DNA from: Myxococcales bacterium | Lineage (GTDB): Bacteria; Myxococcota_A; Polyangia; Polyangiales; DASUME01 | Length of the DNA stretch: 64,000 nt | Direction: 5' to 3' | NCBI GenBank assembly: GCA_047601445.1 | Contig: JASGJH010000001.1 | Coordinates: 8,512,001 to 8,576,000 of the forward strand | Part shown: positions 38,635-51,758 of the stretch, in pieces | How positions within the stretch are numbered: position 1 is the first letter of the stretch | Layout of the letters: each line of letters starts with the position of its first letter | Program-made: the position numbers and the translations under genes | Notes under the pieces: generated by a model | What the model was told of the DNA's origin: nothing | What the model saw: only the letters and a program-made list of their open reading frames with translations | Database searches by the model: none

Positions 38635-40055
38635 GTATCGCCCCTCAGGAGCTGCAGCAGCTCGCCTTCGCTGAGGTCCGCGTCGCTCGGCTTGCTGATG
38701 ACTCCGCTGAGGTCGAAGCCCTCGGTCTCTTCGAGCGGTGAGACCCGCAGGCCCACGTAGTGGCGAATCAGGATGAAGAGCGGGATGGAGGTGCCGAGCA
38801 CCCAAATCGCGCACACGGTTAGACCCAGGGCCTGGGCGCCGATCTGATGCAGGCGATCGGTGTGCATCTCCGCGAGCGACTTGCTGCTCGCGAACAGGCC
38901 CGTGGCCAGCGTGCCCCAGAGGCCGCCCCCGAGGTGGACGGGAATGGCTCCCGCTGGGTCATCCAGACGAAAGCGCAGGAGGAGCTCTGCAACCAAGTTG
39001 GCGACGATGCCTGCGACGAAGCCGATCACCATCGCCGATGCGGGCGAGATGATCGAGCAACTCGCGGTCACGCTCACCAGGCCCGCCAGGATGCCATTCA
39101 GGAACTTCACGCTCAGCGCCCGTCGCTGTTGCCAAACCACGCAGTGCACGATGGCCCCTGCGGCGCCGAACGCACCGCCCAGGTTGGTGGTGATGATGAT
39201 CGGGCCTACCTTGTCGTTGACCGCCAGGGTGGAGCCTCCATTGAAGCCCCACCAACACAGCCAAAGCAGCAAGGTGGCGAAAGCGTTCCAGTGCAAGCCC
39301 ATGTTCGGTAGCTCGCGCGCGGTGCCGTCGGGCTTGAAGCGTCCGAGGCGAGGGCCCACCATGATCACGCCCACCAGCGAGACCCAGCCACCCACGGAGT
39401 GCACGACGGTGGAGCCAGCAAAGTCGTAGAATCCACGATCCGCGAGCAGCGCGGCGTTGTCATGGAAGAAGCTCTTGCCCCAAACCCAGTGACCGAGCAC
39501 CGGGTAGATCAGGATGGTGACCGCTGCGGACACCACGGCGTAGGCAGCGAACGAGGTGCGCTCGGCGAGGGCGCCCGACACGATGGTCGCCGCGGTCCCG
39601 GCGAATGCGAGCTGAAAGAGGAAGTGCACGTGCAGATCGAGGCCGCCGTAGTCTCGCGGCAGGGTGCCCTCCAGCATCGCGAAGTCCGTGCCGAATAGGC
39701 CGAGGTAGGAGTGGCCGAACATCACCCCCCAGCCGAGCAGGAAGAAGGCGCCTACCGAGATCACCCAGTCGACCACGTTCTTGAGCGCTGTGATGGTGGC
39801 GGCGCGCGGTTGCACCGAACCCACTTCCAGGCACAGGAAGCCGCACTGCATGAAGAACACCAGGCCCGCTGCGCACAACACCCACACCGAGTCCGCGGCG
39901 CTGCGAGAGGCGAGTTCCTCGGCGTAGCCTTGACTGGGCACGAGTAAGGTGAGGCTACCTACGAGCAGACTGCGCGCCAGGGCGACTCGCCCAGAACACT
40001 CAGGTTGTGAAAAGCCCTTCAAAATGCCGGGCGTCGGCGCGTGACAGACCATCAC
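38631..40055 (-). CDS. amt: ammonium transporter (Amt family)
   Basis: FQLAFA, SGALAER, DFAGSTVVHSVGG, GFNGGS, DDPAGAIPVH (twin His intact); start uncertain. Confidence 0.95.
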   Translation of the reverse strand: MMVCHAPTPGILKGFSQPECSGRVALARSLLVGSLTLLVPSQGYAEELASRSAADSVWVLCAAGLVFFMQCGFLCLEVGSVQPRAATITALKNVVDWVISVGAFFLLGWGVMFGHSYLGLFGTDFAMLEGTLPRDYGGLDLHVHFLFQLAFAGTAATIVSGALAERTSFAAYAVVSAAVTILIYPVLGHWVWGKSFFHDNAALLADRGFYDFAGSTVVHSVGGWVSLVGVIMVGPRLGRFKPDGTARELPNMGLHWNAFATLLLWLCWWGFNGGSTLAVNDKVGPIIITTNLGGAFGAAGAIVHCVVWQQRRALSVKFLNGILAGLVSVTASCSIISPASAMVIGFVAGIVANLVAELLLRFRLDDPAGAIPVHLGGGLWGTLATGLFASSKSLAEMHTDRLHQIGAQALGLTVCAIWVLGTSIPLFILIRHYVGLRVSPLEETEGFDLSGVISKPSDADLSEGELLQLLRGDT

Positions 40056-40251
40056 CGATGATCGAACGGTATCCGATCCGGGGCAGTCAAGAGTGAGTCA
40101 GGTCAGCCCATGCGAAGTAACCTTGGAAGCATGCCGGAAGCCTGAGTTTCAGGGAGTCTTTCAGTGATCTCAGGAGAGGAGACGTGTGCGCGGTGCGCGC
40201 CTCGACGCCGTTGCTCCCACCCCTGAAAGGAGGCCGCGTGTGCTGCCCGGT

Positions 40252-41010
40252 TCAGCGTCCCACGAGTCGATCGAGATCGACCTGCGCCGCCTCGAGCGCC
40301 TTTTGCTGCAGCCGCGTCAGCTCGCGGATGCCCTCGAGGCCGAGGTCCACCAGCGCGTCGAGCTCCGCGCGGCGCATGGGCGCGCCCTCGGCCGTGCCTT
40401 GCACTTCGATGAGCTCGCCTTCGGCGTTGCCCACCACGTTCAGGTCCACCTGCGCTCGACTGTCTTCCACGTAAGGCAAGTCGAGCACGGCGCGTCCATC
40501 GATGAGCCCCACGCTCACGGCCGCCACCGGTGAGCGCAGCACGCCGGGCTTGATCAGGCCCTTTACCAGCAGCTTGTCGAGCGCGATGGCCACCGCCACC
40601 GTGCCGCCCGTGATGCTCGCAGTGCGTGTTCCGCCGTCAGCGTCGAGCACGTCGCAGTCGAGGGTGAGCGTGCGCTCGCCGAGCTTGTCCATGTGCACCG
40701 AGGCACGCAGGGAGCGCCCGATCAAGCGCTGAATCTCCTGGCTGCGTCCGTCGATCTTGTCGCCTCCGGTGCGCTTCTGGCGACGGTCCGGGTTGGCGCG
40801 CGGGTGCATGGCGTACTCCGCGGTGACCCAACCCGTGCCCTTGCCCTCCAGAAACGGCGGCACCTTCTCTTCCAGCGAACAGGCGATGAGCACGCTGGTA
40901 TTGCCGCTGCGATAGAGCAGGGAACCTTCGGGGTTCCGCTGGGCTCCGAGCTCGAAAGACGTGGGGCGCAGGGCGTGGTCGGGACGGCCGTCAGGTCGCT
41001 TCGGTGGCAT
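40252..41010 (-). CDS. rph: ribonuclease PH
   Basis: [48 protein letters not shown]. Confidence 0.97.
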   Translation of the reverse strand: MPPKRPDGRPDHALRPTSFELGAQRNPEGSLLYRSGNTSVLIACSLEEKVPPFLEGKGTGWVTAEYAMHPRANPDRRQKRTGGDKIDGRSQEIQRLIGRSLRASVHMDKLGERTLTLDCDVLDADGGTRTASITGGTVAVAIALDKLLVKGLIKPGVLRSPVAAVSVGLIDGRAVLDLPYVEDSRAQVDLNVVGNAEGELIEVQGTAEGAPMRRAELDALVDLGLEGIRELTRLQQKALEAAQVDLDRLVGR

Positions 41011-42547
41011 GGAGTATCGATGTAGTTCCCTCGCGCGTGGCGGGCAACCAAATCTCGAAGCGTGTGCCGCCACCTTCTGCACTGGTGCAACGGATACGTC
41101 CGCCATGGGCGGTGACGATTTGCTGACACAGAGGCAAGCCGATGCCCGTGCCATGCTGCTTGGTGGTGTAGAAGAGCTCGAAGATCTTTTCGCGCTCGCT
41201 CTCTGGGATGCCGCTACCGGTGTCGCTCACGGAGAGCTCCACACCGTCGTCCTTGTTCCGCAGGTGCAGCTCGATTTTGCCGCCGTCGGGCATCGCCTCC
41301 CGTGCGTTGCGGCACAGGTTGAGTAGGGCCTGGCGCAGCTGGCCCCGGTCTACCGAGGCGTGGGCGAGGCCGGGCTCGAGCGCGAGCGCGAGCTGCACCT
41401 GGGCTTGGACCATCTCGGGCTTGAGGAAGGTGGCGAGGTCCTGGGTGAACTCGCCGAGGTCGGTGCTCTCGGGCTTGGGCTCGGGCAGGCGCACGAGGCG
41501 CAGGTATTGTTCGGTGATGTCGGTGAGGCGGTCGACCTCACGCTTGACGGAGGTGAGCATCGGCAGCGACTCGGGCGCCGCTTGACCCACGTCCTCCTCG
41601 AGCATCTCGACGTTGAGCCGGATGCTGTTGAGCGGGTTTCGCACCTCGTGTGTCACGTGCGCGGCCAGGCGTCCCACGGCGGCCAGGCGCTCGGTGCGGC
41701 GCAGCTGGGCATCGCGCTGCGAGAGGGCGTCCACCATGCGCTCGAACTCGCTGGCCACGTGACCGATCTCGTCGTTGGCGTGGGGCTCGACGCGCGTGGC
41801 GAGGTCACCGCGTGCCACGGCGCCCACGCGTTCGGTGAGCTTGGTGAGCGGGCGCAGCATTTGTTGTGACCAAAAGCTGATGGCGAGTCCCAACGCCAAG
41901 GCCACCAGTCCGAGTCCCACCAGGAGGCCGAGCGCGCGGCCCTCGTCGTCGCGGGCCTTGCGGCTGGTGGATGCGATGCGCTCGTTGATCAACTGCCAGG
42001 CTGTGGAGAGGTGGCTCTGACCCTGGCGCTCGCGCACGCGCACGCTGGCCAGTGCGGCTGCGGCGGCGCTGCGATCACGGTTGGCGAGGGCGGAAGAGAG
42101 CGCGTCGAAGTCGTCTTCGGAGAGCTCGTACTCGAACAACACCGCTTCGAGTTCGGCGTGCAGCGTGTTGAGGGTGGCGCGATCGCGCTCGTCGTGGACC
42201 AGGCGCTGGGCCTGATTGGCGGCGTCGAGGGCGCGACGTAGGGGGAAGGGGCGTACGCGGCGCGCGATCTCGAGCCAGCCCTCGGTGGCCGAGGTGTCGC
42301 CGCCTTCCAGGGTGCGCTCGACCATGGTGGCGAAGGCGCCCTGGGTGGCGCGGGCTTCGCTGATGGAGAGCGAGAGCGGCAGGTAACCCTCGTGGAGCAA
42401 ACGCAGGGTGGCGGCGGTGCGCTGGTGCTGCCACAGGCTGATGCCCGACACGACCGCGAACAGCAGCAGCACCACGGCGAAGCCAGCGAAGATGCGCGCC
42501 GGAATACTGCGGGTGGGCTGGACGGCCCCGGCTGTGCGTTCACCCAT
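40991..42547 (-). CDS. membrane HAMP-domain sensor histidine kinase
   Basis: Two TM helices, [28 protein letters not shown]. Confidence 0.93.
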   Translation of the reverse strand: MGERTAGAVQPTRSIPARIFAGFAVVLLLFAVVSGISLWQHQRTAATLRLLHEGYLPLSLSISEARATQGAFATMVERTLEGGDTSATEGWLEIARRVRPFPLRRALDAANQAQRLVHDERDRATLNTLHAELEAVLFEYELSEDDFDALSSALANRDRSAAAAALASVRVRERQGQSHLSTAWQLINERIASTSRKARDDEGRALGLLVGLGLVALALGLAISFWSQQMLRPLTKLTERVGAVARGDLATRVEPHANDEIGHVASEFERMVDALSQRDAQLRRTERLAAVGRLAAHVTHEVRNPLNSIRLNVEMLEEDVGQAAPESLPMLTSVKREVDRLTDITEQYLRLVRLPEPKPESTDLGEFTQDLATFLKPEMVQAQVQLALALEPGLAHASVDRGQLRQALLNLCRNAREAMPDGGKIELHLRNKDDGVELSVSDTGSGIPESEREKIFELFYTTKQHGTGIGLPLCQQIVTAHGGRIRCTSAEGGGTRFEIWLPATREGTTSILHATEAT

Positions 42548-42561
42548 GTGCGGAGGCAACG

Positions 42562-45156
42562 CTACCGCGAAACGGGGGATTTTGCCTGAGACTTGAGCGG
42601 GGGCGCCTCGGCGGCCTGGCTTTGGGCCCGGTTTTTGACCTGCGCGAGCGTGGTCCGGGCGCGCTTTTGGTCCTCGGGTGAACGTGCGAGTTCGAGCGCG
42701 AGCTCGGCCTCTTCGATGGCGGCTTTGGGGGAATTCAGGGCGGAGAGCGCCTCCGCGCGCAGGCGGTGCAGGTCCGGGTTGGCCGGGTCGAGGTAGAGGC
42801 CGGCCTCGGAGCGCTCGAGCAGCAGGGCGTACTCGCGGTTCTCCGCCAACAACGTGAGCAGCTTGAGCAGGGGGGCGCGGGCGTGCTGGTCGAGGAAGGA
42901 GACCTTGAGTAGGGCGGCCTGGAGGCGTGCGCGGTCATTGAGCTTGGTCGAGAGCTCGGCGTCGAGTTCGTAGGCCTCCGTGCGATCGGGGTCGAGCGCC
43001 TCGGCGCGACTCAAGTGTACGAGGGCGCGTACGTCGTCATTGAGCTTGTGCTCGGTGCGCGCCAGCAGCATGCGGATCTGGTAGCCGTCGAGGCCCTCGG
43101 CGAGCATGGCGTCGAGCGCGCGCTTGGAGGTCTGGAGGTCGCCGTGCTTGAGCGCGAGGTGGGCGCGCGTGAAGAGGGCCAGCGGTTGTTTGGGATCGCT
43201 GGCGAGCACCGCCGTGGCCAGTGCCTGAGCCTGCGCGTCCTGATTGGCGAGCGCGAGGGCCATGGCGTGGGCGGCGCGCTGCTCGGGGCTGGCTTCAGGA
43301 CCTTCGGCGGCTTTGCTGATGGCGGACAGATCCCGGTATTGCAGCGCGTCCACGCGCAGGTCGCTCGCGTAGCGCTTGCCGAGCTGTGCGCGCAGTGCGG
43401 CCGAGAAATCACGGTCGAGGTCCGTGAGGCTGATGCCGAGGGCCTCCGGACATGCCTGCTCGAGGCTCTTGCCCTGGCCGAACATGCGCAAGAGCTGGGG
43501 GATCTTCTCGAAGCCGAAGCGCGTGACGATGTACTCCATGGCCACCGAGCTCGCGTAGTAGGCCACCATCAAGTCCTGGGGATTGCGCGCGTGCGTGAAG
43601 GCGTGATTCATCTGGACGAGTGAGGGCAGCCGATTGGCGATCAGGGCGTCGTAGAGTGGTCGGTCGTCTTCGCGCTTCCACTCCGGTCGGGCACGCTTGG
43701 TCTCGTACTCCGCCAGGCCCTCGGTGAACCAGCGCGGCACGCGGCTCTTCGAGAGCTGCACGTGGAACACGTGGGACAGCTCGTGCCACAGGATTTGGCC
43801 CCAGTTGAACTCTCCGCCGGCGGGCGAGAGGGCGGTCAGCACGCGACCGAAGCACACCCCCTGCAGTCCGAGGCGCGGTAGGCCCGACGTGCGCACCGAG
43901 AAGTGCTCCGGGCTGGCGTACAGCTCGATGAAGGTGGGCGCGAGCGGCGAAAACCCGTAGCGGGCCTGCATGTCTGCGTAGGCCTTCTTGAGCAGAGGCA
44001 CGGCGTAGCGGCTCAAGAGCCCGCGCTCGTCCTTGTGCATGCGCAGCTGGAAGGGGGCGGCCTCGAAGTTCACGTACTGCTTGTTGATGATGTCGTCGTA
44101 GAGATTGAGCGTGTTGTAGACGAGGACGTTGTAGTGATCCCTGGCCCAGGCACGGTGCAGGGCGTCGAGGCCCTCCGTCTCACGCCCCACCCGCAGCAGG
44201 TTCATGCCGCGCGTGGCGTGGGCGTAGGCGTCTTCGGGGTCGAGCTTGAGCGCTTCGTCGGAGAGCCGCACCAGGTCCTCGTAGCGGTGCTCCCACTCGG
44301 CGTAGGTGGCGATGATGGAGTACATGCGCGAGAAGCGTGGGTGCTCGCTGAGCACCTGCTTCACGGCCCGCTCGAAGCCCGGCCCGTCCTCGGCCAAGAA
44401 GCGCACGGCGGCGCGCACGCTGAGCGCCTCGAGGTCGCGCGGGTTGATCTTGAGGGCGGCGTCGAGCTCGCTGTCGGCGAGCGGCAGATCCTCGTCGCGC
44501 AGGGCGATGGCGGCGCGCGTGACGTGCACCGCGGACAGGTTGGGATCGCTGGCCTGGGCCTGATCGAGCAAGGCCTCCACCTCGGGCACGGGGGCGTTCT
44601 GCTCGATGCGCAGGCGCGCCATGCGCTCGAGGGCGCGCGGCTGCTTGGGGTCCAGGGCGAGCACCTTGGCCACGCCAGTCTGAGCGTTGGCGAAGTCGTT
44701 CTTCTCCAGGAAGAGCTCGACCCATGCGAGCTCGATGCCGACGTTCTGGGGAGCGGCATGCACGGCGCTGGCAAAGGCCTGGTTGGCGTCGCGGTAGGAG
44801 CCAAGGCCATGGGCTGCCTCGGCCACCGCCCACATGCCCTCGGCGTCGTCGTCCTGGATGTTGCCGGCGTTGTAGAGGTCGATGATGCGGTGGAAGCGGG
44901 CGGCGGCCTGTTCGCGCTCTCCGCGCAGCGCGAGCATCTGCCCATCCAGCGCGAGCGCGCGCGGGAGCTTGCTCTGGAGCAGGGGCTCGAGCGTCTTCTG
45001 GGCCTTGTCGTACTCGCCGCGCGCGACGGCGTTTTCGGCGATGGCGAGCCGTTGGGCCGGGCTCTGGGTGGCCTTCTTGGGGGCGTCCGCGCGCGCTCCG
45101 AGACAGAGGAGGAGACACAGGGACGTCGAGCTCAACAAGGCCCGCATATTCCCCAT
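42562..45156 (-). CDS. secreted TPR protein with a central zincin (peptidase MA-like) domain
   Basis: Signal peptide, TPR-like repeats, WHELSHVF...PRWFTEGLAEY. Confidence 0.85.
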   Translation of the reverse strand: MGNMRALLSSTSLCLLLCLGARADAPKKATQSPAQRLAIAENAVARGEYDKAQKTLEPLLQSKLPRALALDGQMLALRGEREQAAARFHRIIDLYNAGNIQDDDAEGMWAVAEAAHGLGSYRDANQAFASAVHAAPQNVGIELAWVELFLEKNDFANAQTGVAKVLALDPKQPRALERMARLRIEQNAPVPEVEALLDQAQASDPNLSAVHVTRAAIALRDEDLPLADSELDAALKINPRDLEALSVRAAVRFLAEDGPGFERAVKQVLSEHPRFSRMYSIIATYAEWEHRYEDLVRLSDEALKLDPEDAYAHATRGMNLLRVGRETEGLDALHRAWARDHYNVLVYNTLNLYDDIINKQYVNFEAAPFQLRMHKDERGLLSRYAVPLLKKAYADMQARYGFSPLAPTFIELYASPEHFSVRTSGLPRLGLQGVCFGRVLTALSPAGGEFNWGQILWHELSHVFHVQLSKSRVPRWFTEGLAEYETKRARPEWKREDDRPLYDALIANRLPSLVQMNHAFTHARNPQDLMVAYYASSVAMEYIVTRFGFEKIPQLLRMFGQGKSLEQACPEALGISLTDLDRDFSAALRAQLGKRYASDLRVDALQYRDLSAISKAAEGPEASPEQRAAHAMALALANQDAQAQALATAVLASDPKQPLALFTRAHLALKHGDLQTSKRALDAMLAEGLDGYQIRMLLARTEHKLNDDVRALVHLSRAEALDPDRTEAYELDAELSTKLNDRARLQAALLKVSFLDQHARAPLLKLLTLLAENREYALLLERSEAGLYLDPANPDLHRLRAEALSALNSPKAAIEEAELALELARSPEDQKRARTTLAQVKNRAQSQAAEAPPLKSQAKSPVSR

Positions 45157-45173
45157 GGTAGGCCCTAAAGAGC

Positions 45174-46555
45174 TCACAAGCGAGCCGTAAGCTTGACCTT
45201 GAGGTAGTGGTCGAGCAGCTTGGGCGCGAGCCCGCGCACGTCGGCCTCGAGCACGCTCACGCCGCGTTTTTCGAGGCTTCTTTCCAGGCGCTCGCGCTCG
45301 CTCAGGAGGTCGATGGCGGCGGCCTTGTGGAACACCTCGGCGGTGGTGCTCGGGAGCACATTGGCGCGCTTTTGGACGTGCATGTCCTGCAAGCTGACGC
45401 ACACCGCGAGGTGGCGTCGGGTGAGCATGGGGGCGTGCTCGCACACGGCGCTGCCGTGGGTCTCGTTCTCGAGGTCGGTGAATAGCGTGATGAGCGAGCG
45501 CTTGCGTGCGTGGCGCTCCAGGTCGGTCAACAAGCTCCGCACGGCGAAGTGCACGGGCCGAGCCTGCGCCTCGCTCAGGGCGTCCACCAGGCGCATCAAG
45601 TGACGACGCCCGTGCGCGGGCGGCACCAGGCTCAGGCAGCTATCGGCGTACACCATCAGGCCCACCTGGTCACCGGCGTGAAGCGCGGCGTCGGCCAACG
45701 CCAGGGCCGCCTCCACGGCCACGTCGAAGCGCGACTTGAGTACCTTGAGCGTGCTGTCCGTCGCCGGCCCCGCGCGGTGCGATGAGGAGAGCACGGGCTT
45801 CTCGCCCACGGGTTGGCCCATCGTGCGGCTCGCGTCGAGCACCAACCACAGCGTCTGGCTGCGCTCGGGCTGATACAGGCGCGTGACCGGACGATGCCGG
45901 CGCGCGGTGGCTTTCCAGTCGATGGAGCGCAGTGGATCCTGGCTCACGTACTCGCGCAGGGATTCGAGCTCGCTGCCCTGGGTGGCGCGTCGCAGCTTCT
46001 GGGCCATGCCGCCGAGCTCTTCGCGGCGCGCGCGCTGTGCTTCTTCGTCGAGGGGCAGGGCGGGTAGGGCGCGCACCTCCTGAGCGTCGCCTGCCATGAG
46101 GTGCACGGCCGCGAGCCCGAGACGTGTCTCCAGGCGCAGCGCAACCCGCCCCAGACTCAAGCTGCCGCGCGCGGTGGGCGTGAGCTCGGCGTTGAGCTCC
46201 CTACGTTTGCCCGGAGGCAGCGCGGCCTGGTGGATCTCGCAGCTCGTATGCAAGGTCTCCGGCAGTTGATCGCGCACGCTGGCGCGCAAGAAGATCCCGC
46301 TGCGGTTCTGCACGTGCAGGCGTACCTGGGCCGGCGCTCCCACGCGCAAGCGAGAGGCGAGCTCGCGCTCCACGCTCAGCTGAGCCGCACGCAGCCGCAG
46401 GGCGTCGTACAAGAACAGGCTCAAGAGCAAGAGGTCGACCGCCAGGGTGCCGAGTGCAGCGTCCTGGGGCGCGGCGAACACGGCAGGCAACAGGCCCGCG
46501 GCCAGCCAGGCGAAGGCGCGCTTTCCCACACGGATCTGGCGGACCTCGCTGCTCA

Positions 46556-46556
<1 letters not shown>
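45174..46556 (-). CDS. DUF58 domain protein
   Basis: ELESLREYVSQDPLRSIDWKATAR, LVLDASRTM. Confidence 0.9.
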
Positions 46557-47514
<958 letters not shown>

Positions 47515-47518
<4 letters not shown>

Positions 47519-48768
47519 GCCGCATCTCCATGTTGTCCGCCCGGCGCGTTGCCCGCCTCGGCCAGCGCAATCGCAAACGTGAGGTCCTGTTCTATCTTGC
47601 GGGCCCGCCCGAGCAGCGATTCTCCCCGCTGCAGAGGATCGGTCGCGTGAGCTTCGATCTTTCGCGCGCAGGTGGCCACGGCGTGGAAGCCCGAGCTCTC
47701 GAGCCATGCCGCGATGCGCTCCGGCTCCACCCCGACTGCGCGGTAGCGTCGGCCCAGGCGTGCGAGTGCGCTGCGTGAGAGCACCTGCAAGGCACCGGCC
47801 TCGTCGGCGCATTGCTCGTACATGCGCGAGAGCGCGCCCAGGTAGCTCTGACGCTGGCGAGGCAGCGTCGTCGGAGCTGGGCGCGCTCGCCCCAGGCGCG
47901 CACTGTGGGCCGCCAACAACGCCAGACCCACGAGCAGCACTTGCAGCGCGATCACGCCGTAGCCGCGCTCGCGCAGGTAGCCGATCAAGGAGCGACGCTC
48001 GCCCATGCCCAGGTGGTACTCGTCGAACCAGACGGGCCCTGCCGGTGCGAACGCGGAGAGCAGGCGCGACACGATGACGCCGCCGCCCTGGGCCAGCCCG
48101 CGGTTGGTGAGCGCCTCCGGCACCCCCAGCAGCACCACTCGGCCCCGTCCAAAGGGAGCGGTGAGCCCGAGGGGCCCGTACTCGCTCTCGAGCAGCACCG
48201 TGGCTTCGCTGTCCATGGCCACGCGCAGGTTGCGAGCACTCACCGCGTCGAAGGGCAGCATGTGGGCGAGTGGCGCGCCGGAGGGGACGGCCTCGAGATG
48301 CTTGGGCAACGTCGCTGCCTTGGATCCATGTTCGTTGATGAGCTCCTCGAGCCAGCTCTGCTTGGCGGGGTCGCTGCAGTCCGCGGGCTGATCGAATGAC
48401 AGGCCGCTGCGCTCGGGCAGGTAGCCTTCCACGCCGGCCACGATCAGGAGCCCGCCTGCTTCGACGAAGCGCGTCACCTCCTCGCGTTCCGGTCGCAACA
48501 GCGGTCGCACTTGCTCGCCCTCGCAGCCTGCGATGGCGAACAACGTGCCGGCGTCGAGGTGACTGATCTCGTGGCTGAGGCGCGCCGGTTTTAGCCCCAA
48601 TTCCTCCACCAAGCGGTACAGCGCGCGCGTACCCTCGGCTCCCGCGCCGTAGGTGGAGTAGGGCGCCGAGAAGCGGCCCCGGTTTCCCACGCGCGCAGCG
48701 AACACGCCGAGGCTCGCCAGCGCGACGATGCAGAGCACGGCGAGCGCGAACTTGCCGGGCCGCATCAA
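47515..48768 (-). CDS. DUF4350-like membrane protein
   Basis: [23 protein letters not shown]; position in the MoxR cluster. Confidence 0.75.
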
Positions 48769-50459
48769 CCGGCCCCCATTTCGCCGCCCGGCGGCTCGAA
48801 TGCCACCAACGCGTTTGCCAGGCTCAGGCAGCGCTCGAACGCTGCCCGATCGAGCGACAGGTCGCCGTAGCGAACGGCGTCGAAGGTGCGGGTCAACTCG
48901 GCGAAGGGTGCACGCTGATCGCGTCCTGCGAGTTGCCGCAGGTAGTGACCGTTGGTGCGCTCAGGCGCGAGCTGGAGCAGGTCTTTGCGCGCGAGCCCGA
49001 CCAGCGCCCCGAGGTACAGCGCGCGCAGGGCTTCGCGTGGATCGCGGGCGAACAACCGCGCCGCGTCGGCGAAGTGATCCTCCGAGGACCGCGCGAACGG
49101 ATCGGGTTCGGGCTGGGCGGCGCTGCGTGATGCGCGCGTGGTGCGACGCGGGCCGCCGCTGAAGGCGAGCTTGGCGAGCGCGAGCATCAGCAGCACCACG
49201 GCCAGCGTGAGGAAGAGCTTGCTGCCCGGAAGATTGCCCCAGGACCAGCCGGGTGGGAGCCGCTCCGGCTTCACCTCCGAAGCTTCCTTGAACCAATCGT
49301 CGAACAAGCGCTCGAGCCAGCGCCGCAGCGCGCCCTTGCCGTCGATCCTCCAGCTCTCGTCGGGAAACTCCGCGAACGCAGGCTCCGCCAGGATGGCGAG
49401 CACGCGCGCCTCGAGGGCGGCGTCGCGCTCCTGGGCGCGCAGACACGACTCGTCGCAGGCGTCCTCGGGTGCGGGTTCCTCCAGTGCCACCTCATCGACG
49501 CCTGGCGACGTGGGCTCCTGAGCCAGGGCCGGTGCGGCGGAGCCAGCAAGCGAACAGCACAACAGCACCCCGAGACCCGCGCGTAGCTTCGTCTCTTCCT
49601 TCAGCGCCGCGCGTCCCTGCTTATCGGCCGAGCGCAGCGCTCGCGCCACCAGGGTCCGCACCCCGGCGCCCTCACGCACGAGCTCCGCGTCCACGTAGAA
49701 CACGGAGGAGAGCGCGGCGCGCACCGGATCCAGCAGCGAAAGCGCGAAGGCCGTTACGCACAGGAGCACGAAGTGATTCTGAGGTGACACGAAGGCCCGC
49801 ACGGACGCGAGGTCGAGCCCGAGCGAGGTTTGCCCCAGCGTGACCAGCAGCACGAGACCCGCGCCGACGTTGATCATCAAGGCGAGTCCACCCAGCAGCA
49901 AAAGTAGCTCGCACGCGAGGGCCTGGCCCCGCTGTCCTTCACAGTGCACCAGCGCGGCCCGCATGGCCCGAAAGCCTGTGCGCTCGCCGCTCACGTTCAC
50001 CACCGCGAGCCAACTCGGTGCGATGGACCCGCGCAGGCACCAGAGCGGCAGCAAGAGCGGCAAAAGCCAGGGATCTACATGCAGCACGATCACCACGGGC
50101 CACAGCCAGAGCCAGAGCTCGACGCCCACCCAAAGGCTGGCGCGTACCACGAGCGACGCGGGAGCCAACACAGGACGCACGCCGCTCTGATCGAGCTCGT
50201 GTTGGGCCCGGCGGCCGGCCCAGCGCCCGAGCACCAGGGCGCGCAGCGCGAACGTGGCCACCAGCAGCAGTGCGAACAGGGGCCTCAGCGAGCGCACGCC
50301 CTCCACCCGCTCGAGGTAGTAAAGAGACACCGACAGCCAGGCCAGGAGCGCGCCGGGGAGCCAAGCCAGACCCAACTCCGAGAGCGGCTGGGTGCGCGCG
50401 ATCTCCAGGGCGCGGTCGAGCGTCTCCAGGGCACCCCGTGGCTTGGTCGGGCTGCTCAC
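48765..50459 (-). CDS. membrane protein with C-terminal DUF4129-like domain
   Basis: Multiple TM helices; REALRALY...RTNGHYL...FDAVRYG; GTG start overlaps the upstream stop. Confidence 0.75.
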   Translation of the reverse strand: MSSPTKPRGALETLDRALEIARTQPLSELGLAWLPGALLAWLSVSLYYLERVEGVRSLRPLFALLLVATFALRALVLGRWAGRRAQHELDQSGVRPVLAPASLVVRASLWVGVELWLWLWPVVIVLHVDPWLLPLLLPLWCLRGSIAPSWLAVVNVSGERTGFRAMRAALVHCEGQRGQALACELLLLLGGLALMINVGAGLVLLVTLGQTSLGLDLASVRAFVSPQNHFVLLCVTAFALSLLDPVRAALSSVFYVDAELVREGAGVRTLVARALRSADKQGRAALKEETKLRAGLGVLLCCSLAGSAAPALAQEPTSPGVDEVALEEPAPEDACDESCLRAQERDAALEARVLAILAEPAFAEFPDESWRIDGKGALRRWLERLFDDWFKEASEVKPERLPPGWSWGNLPGSKLFLTLAVVLLMLALAKLAFSGGPRRTTRASRSAAQPEPDPFARSSEDHFADAARLFARDPREALRALYLGALVGLARKDLLQLAPERTNGHYLRQLAGRDQRAPFAELTRTFDAVRYGDLSLDRAAFERCLSLANALVAFEPPGGEMGAG

Positions 50460-50740
50460 AGCGAACCCGCCCCCGGCAGCATGACTTCCAACATGGTCCA
50501 GGCGAGTAAGGCCAGCGTCAAAAAGCCCAAGCTCAACGCCAGGCTCGGGGGCAGCCCGCGACGCGTCGTGGTGGGTTCGTTGGCCAGCTGGCGACTCAGA
50601 TTCGTCAGGCAGGTCTGGCAGTGGTTGATGCCGTCGAGCTTGGTCAGGCAATCGCTGCAGAAGGCGTTCGAGCAGCGTACACAGACTCCCACCGCGTCAC
50701 GCTGGGGGTGTCGGCTGCAGATGGCTGAGGGCCCGACCAT
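50456..50740 (-). CDS. B-box-type zinc finger membrane protein
   Basis: CSRHP...CVRC...FCSDC...HCQTC plus a C-terminal TM helix. Confidence 0.75.
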   Translation of the reverse strand: MVGPSAICSRHPQRDAVGVCVRCSNAFCSDCLTKLDGINHCQTCLTNLSRQLANEPTTTRRGLPPSLALSLGFLTLALLAWTMLEVMLPGAGSL

Positions 50741-50803
50741 AGGCCGGCAGATCCTACCACCTGGATGCGGCGGCGCGGACGGCTAAGCTTGTCCTTCGTA
50801 CCC

Positions 50804-51514
50804 ATGAAGCCGCTCCTCCTCCTCAAGGTCGGTCGCACGTTCGAGACGATCGCCGCCCAACGTGGTGACTACGACGTCTGGTTTCGCGACCGCCTGGGGA
50901 TGAGCAACAGCGAGCTCCAGGTGGTGCATGTCGACCGCGGCGAGGCCCTGCCCGAGGCCTTCGACTACGCGGGCATCGTGGTCACGGGGAGTTTCGCCAT
51001 GGTGACCGATCGCGAGGCCTGGAGCGTGGCGACCGCAGCCTACCTGCGCGAGGCCGTGCAGCGGGCCGTGCCCACCCTGGGGGTGTGCTACGGACACCAG
51101 CTCTTGGCCGACGCGTTCGGCGGGCAGGTGGCCGACAACCCGCGCGGACGTCAGGCGGGCACCATCACGGTCGATCTCGAGCCAGCCGCCGCGCTCGATC
51201 CGCTGTTCGCCGGGATGCCCGAGCACATGCGGGTCCAGGTGAGCCACAAGCAGAGCGTGATCGAGCTGCCGCCCACGGCCACCTTGCTGGCGTCCTGCGC
51301 AGGCGACCCGCACCACGCCTATCGCATCGGCGAGTTTGCCTGGGGCGTGCAGTTTCACCCCGAGTTCGATGGCTGGACGGCTCGCGCCTACATCGAAGCG
51401 CGCCGCGAGATCTTCCTGAACGAGGGGCGCGATCCCGACGCGTTGATCGCCGCCGTCGAAGACAGCGACCACGGCGGGCGCATCCTGACTCGCTTCGCGC
51501 GCCTGGTGAGCTAG
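50804..51514 (+). CDS. class I glutamine amidotransferase
   Basis: LGVCYGHQLL, VQFHPE. Confidence 0.92.
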   Translation: MKPLLLLKVGRTFETIAAQRGDYDVWFRDRLGMSNSELQVVHVDRGEALPEAFDYAGIVVTGSFAMVTDREAWSVATAAYLREAVQRAVPTLGVCYGHQLLADAFGGQVADNPRGRQAGTITVDLEPAAALDPLFAGMPEHMRVQVSHKQSVIELPPTATLLASCAGDPHHAYRIGEFAWGVQFHPEFDGWTARAYIEARREIFLNEGRDPDALIAAVEDSDHGGRILTRFARLVS

Positions 51515-51758
51515 GGGTCAGGGGCCTAGGTTCCGCGGACTTGCGTTTGCTGGGTCGCTCACGCACGCCGTTGCCGTTCAGGTCAAAGCCCGCGTCGCCG
51601 ACCATGTCGAGGTCAACGGCCAAAGTCTTTCTCCGCCGGATCGCCGACCAACCCTGGGCGATCGCGGTCGCAGTGGTGGACATAGACGACGACTTTGACG
51701 GCGACGGTGTGCGTGAGCGCCTCCGCATTGACGATCAGCACATCTTCGTTTCACAAAC

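Noticed and set aside
51515..51758. Small gene between the amidotransferase and the hybrid kinase
   Set aside because: Candidate frames run deep into neighbouring genes or lack a clear start; not supportable
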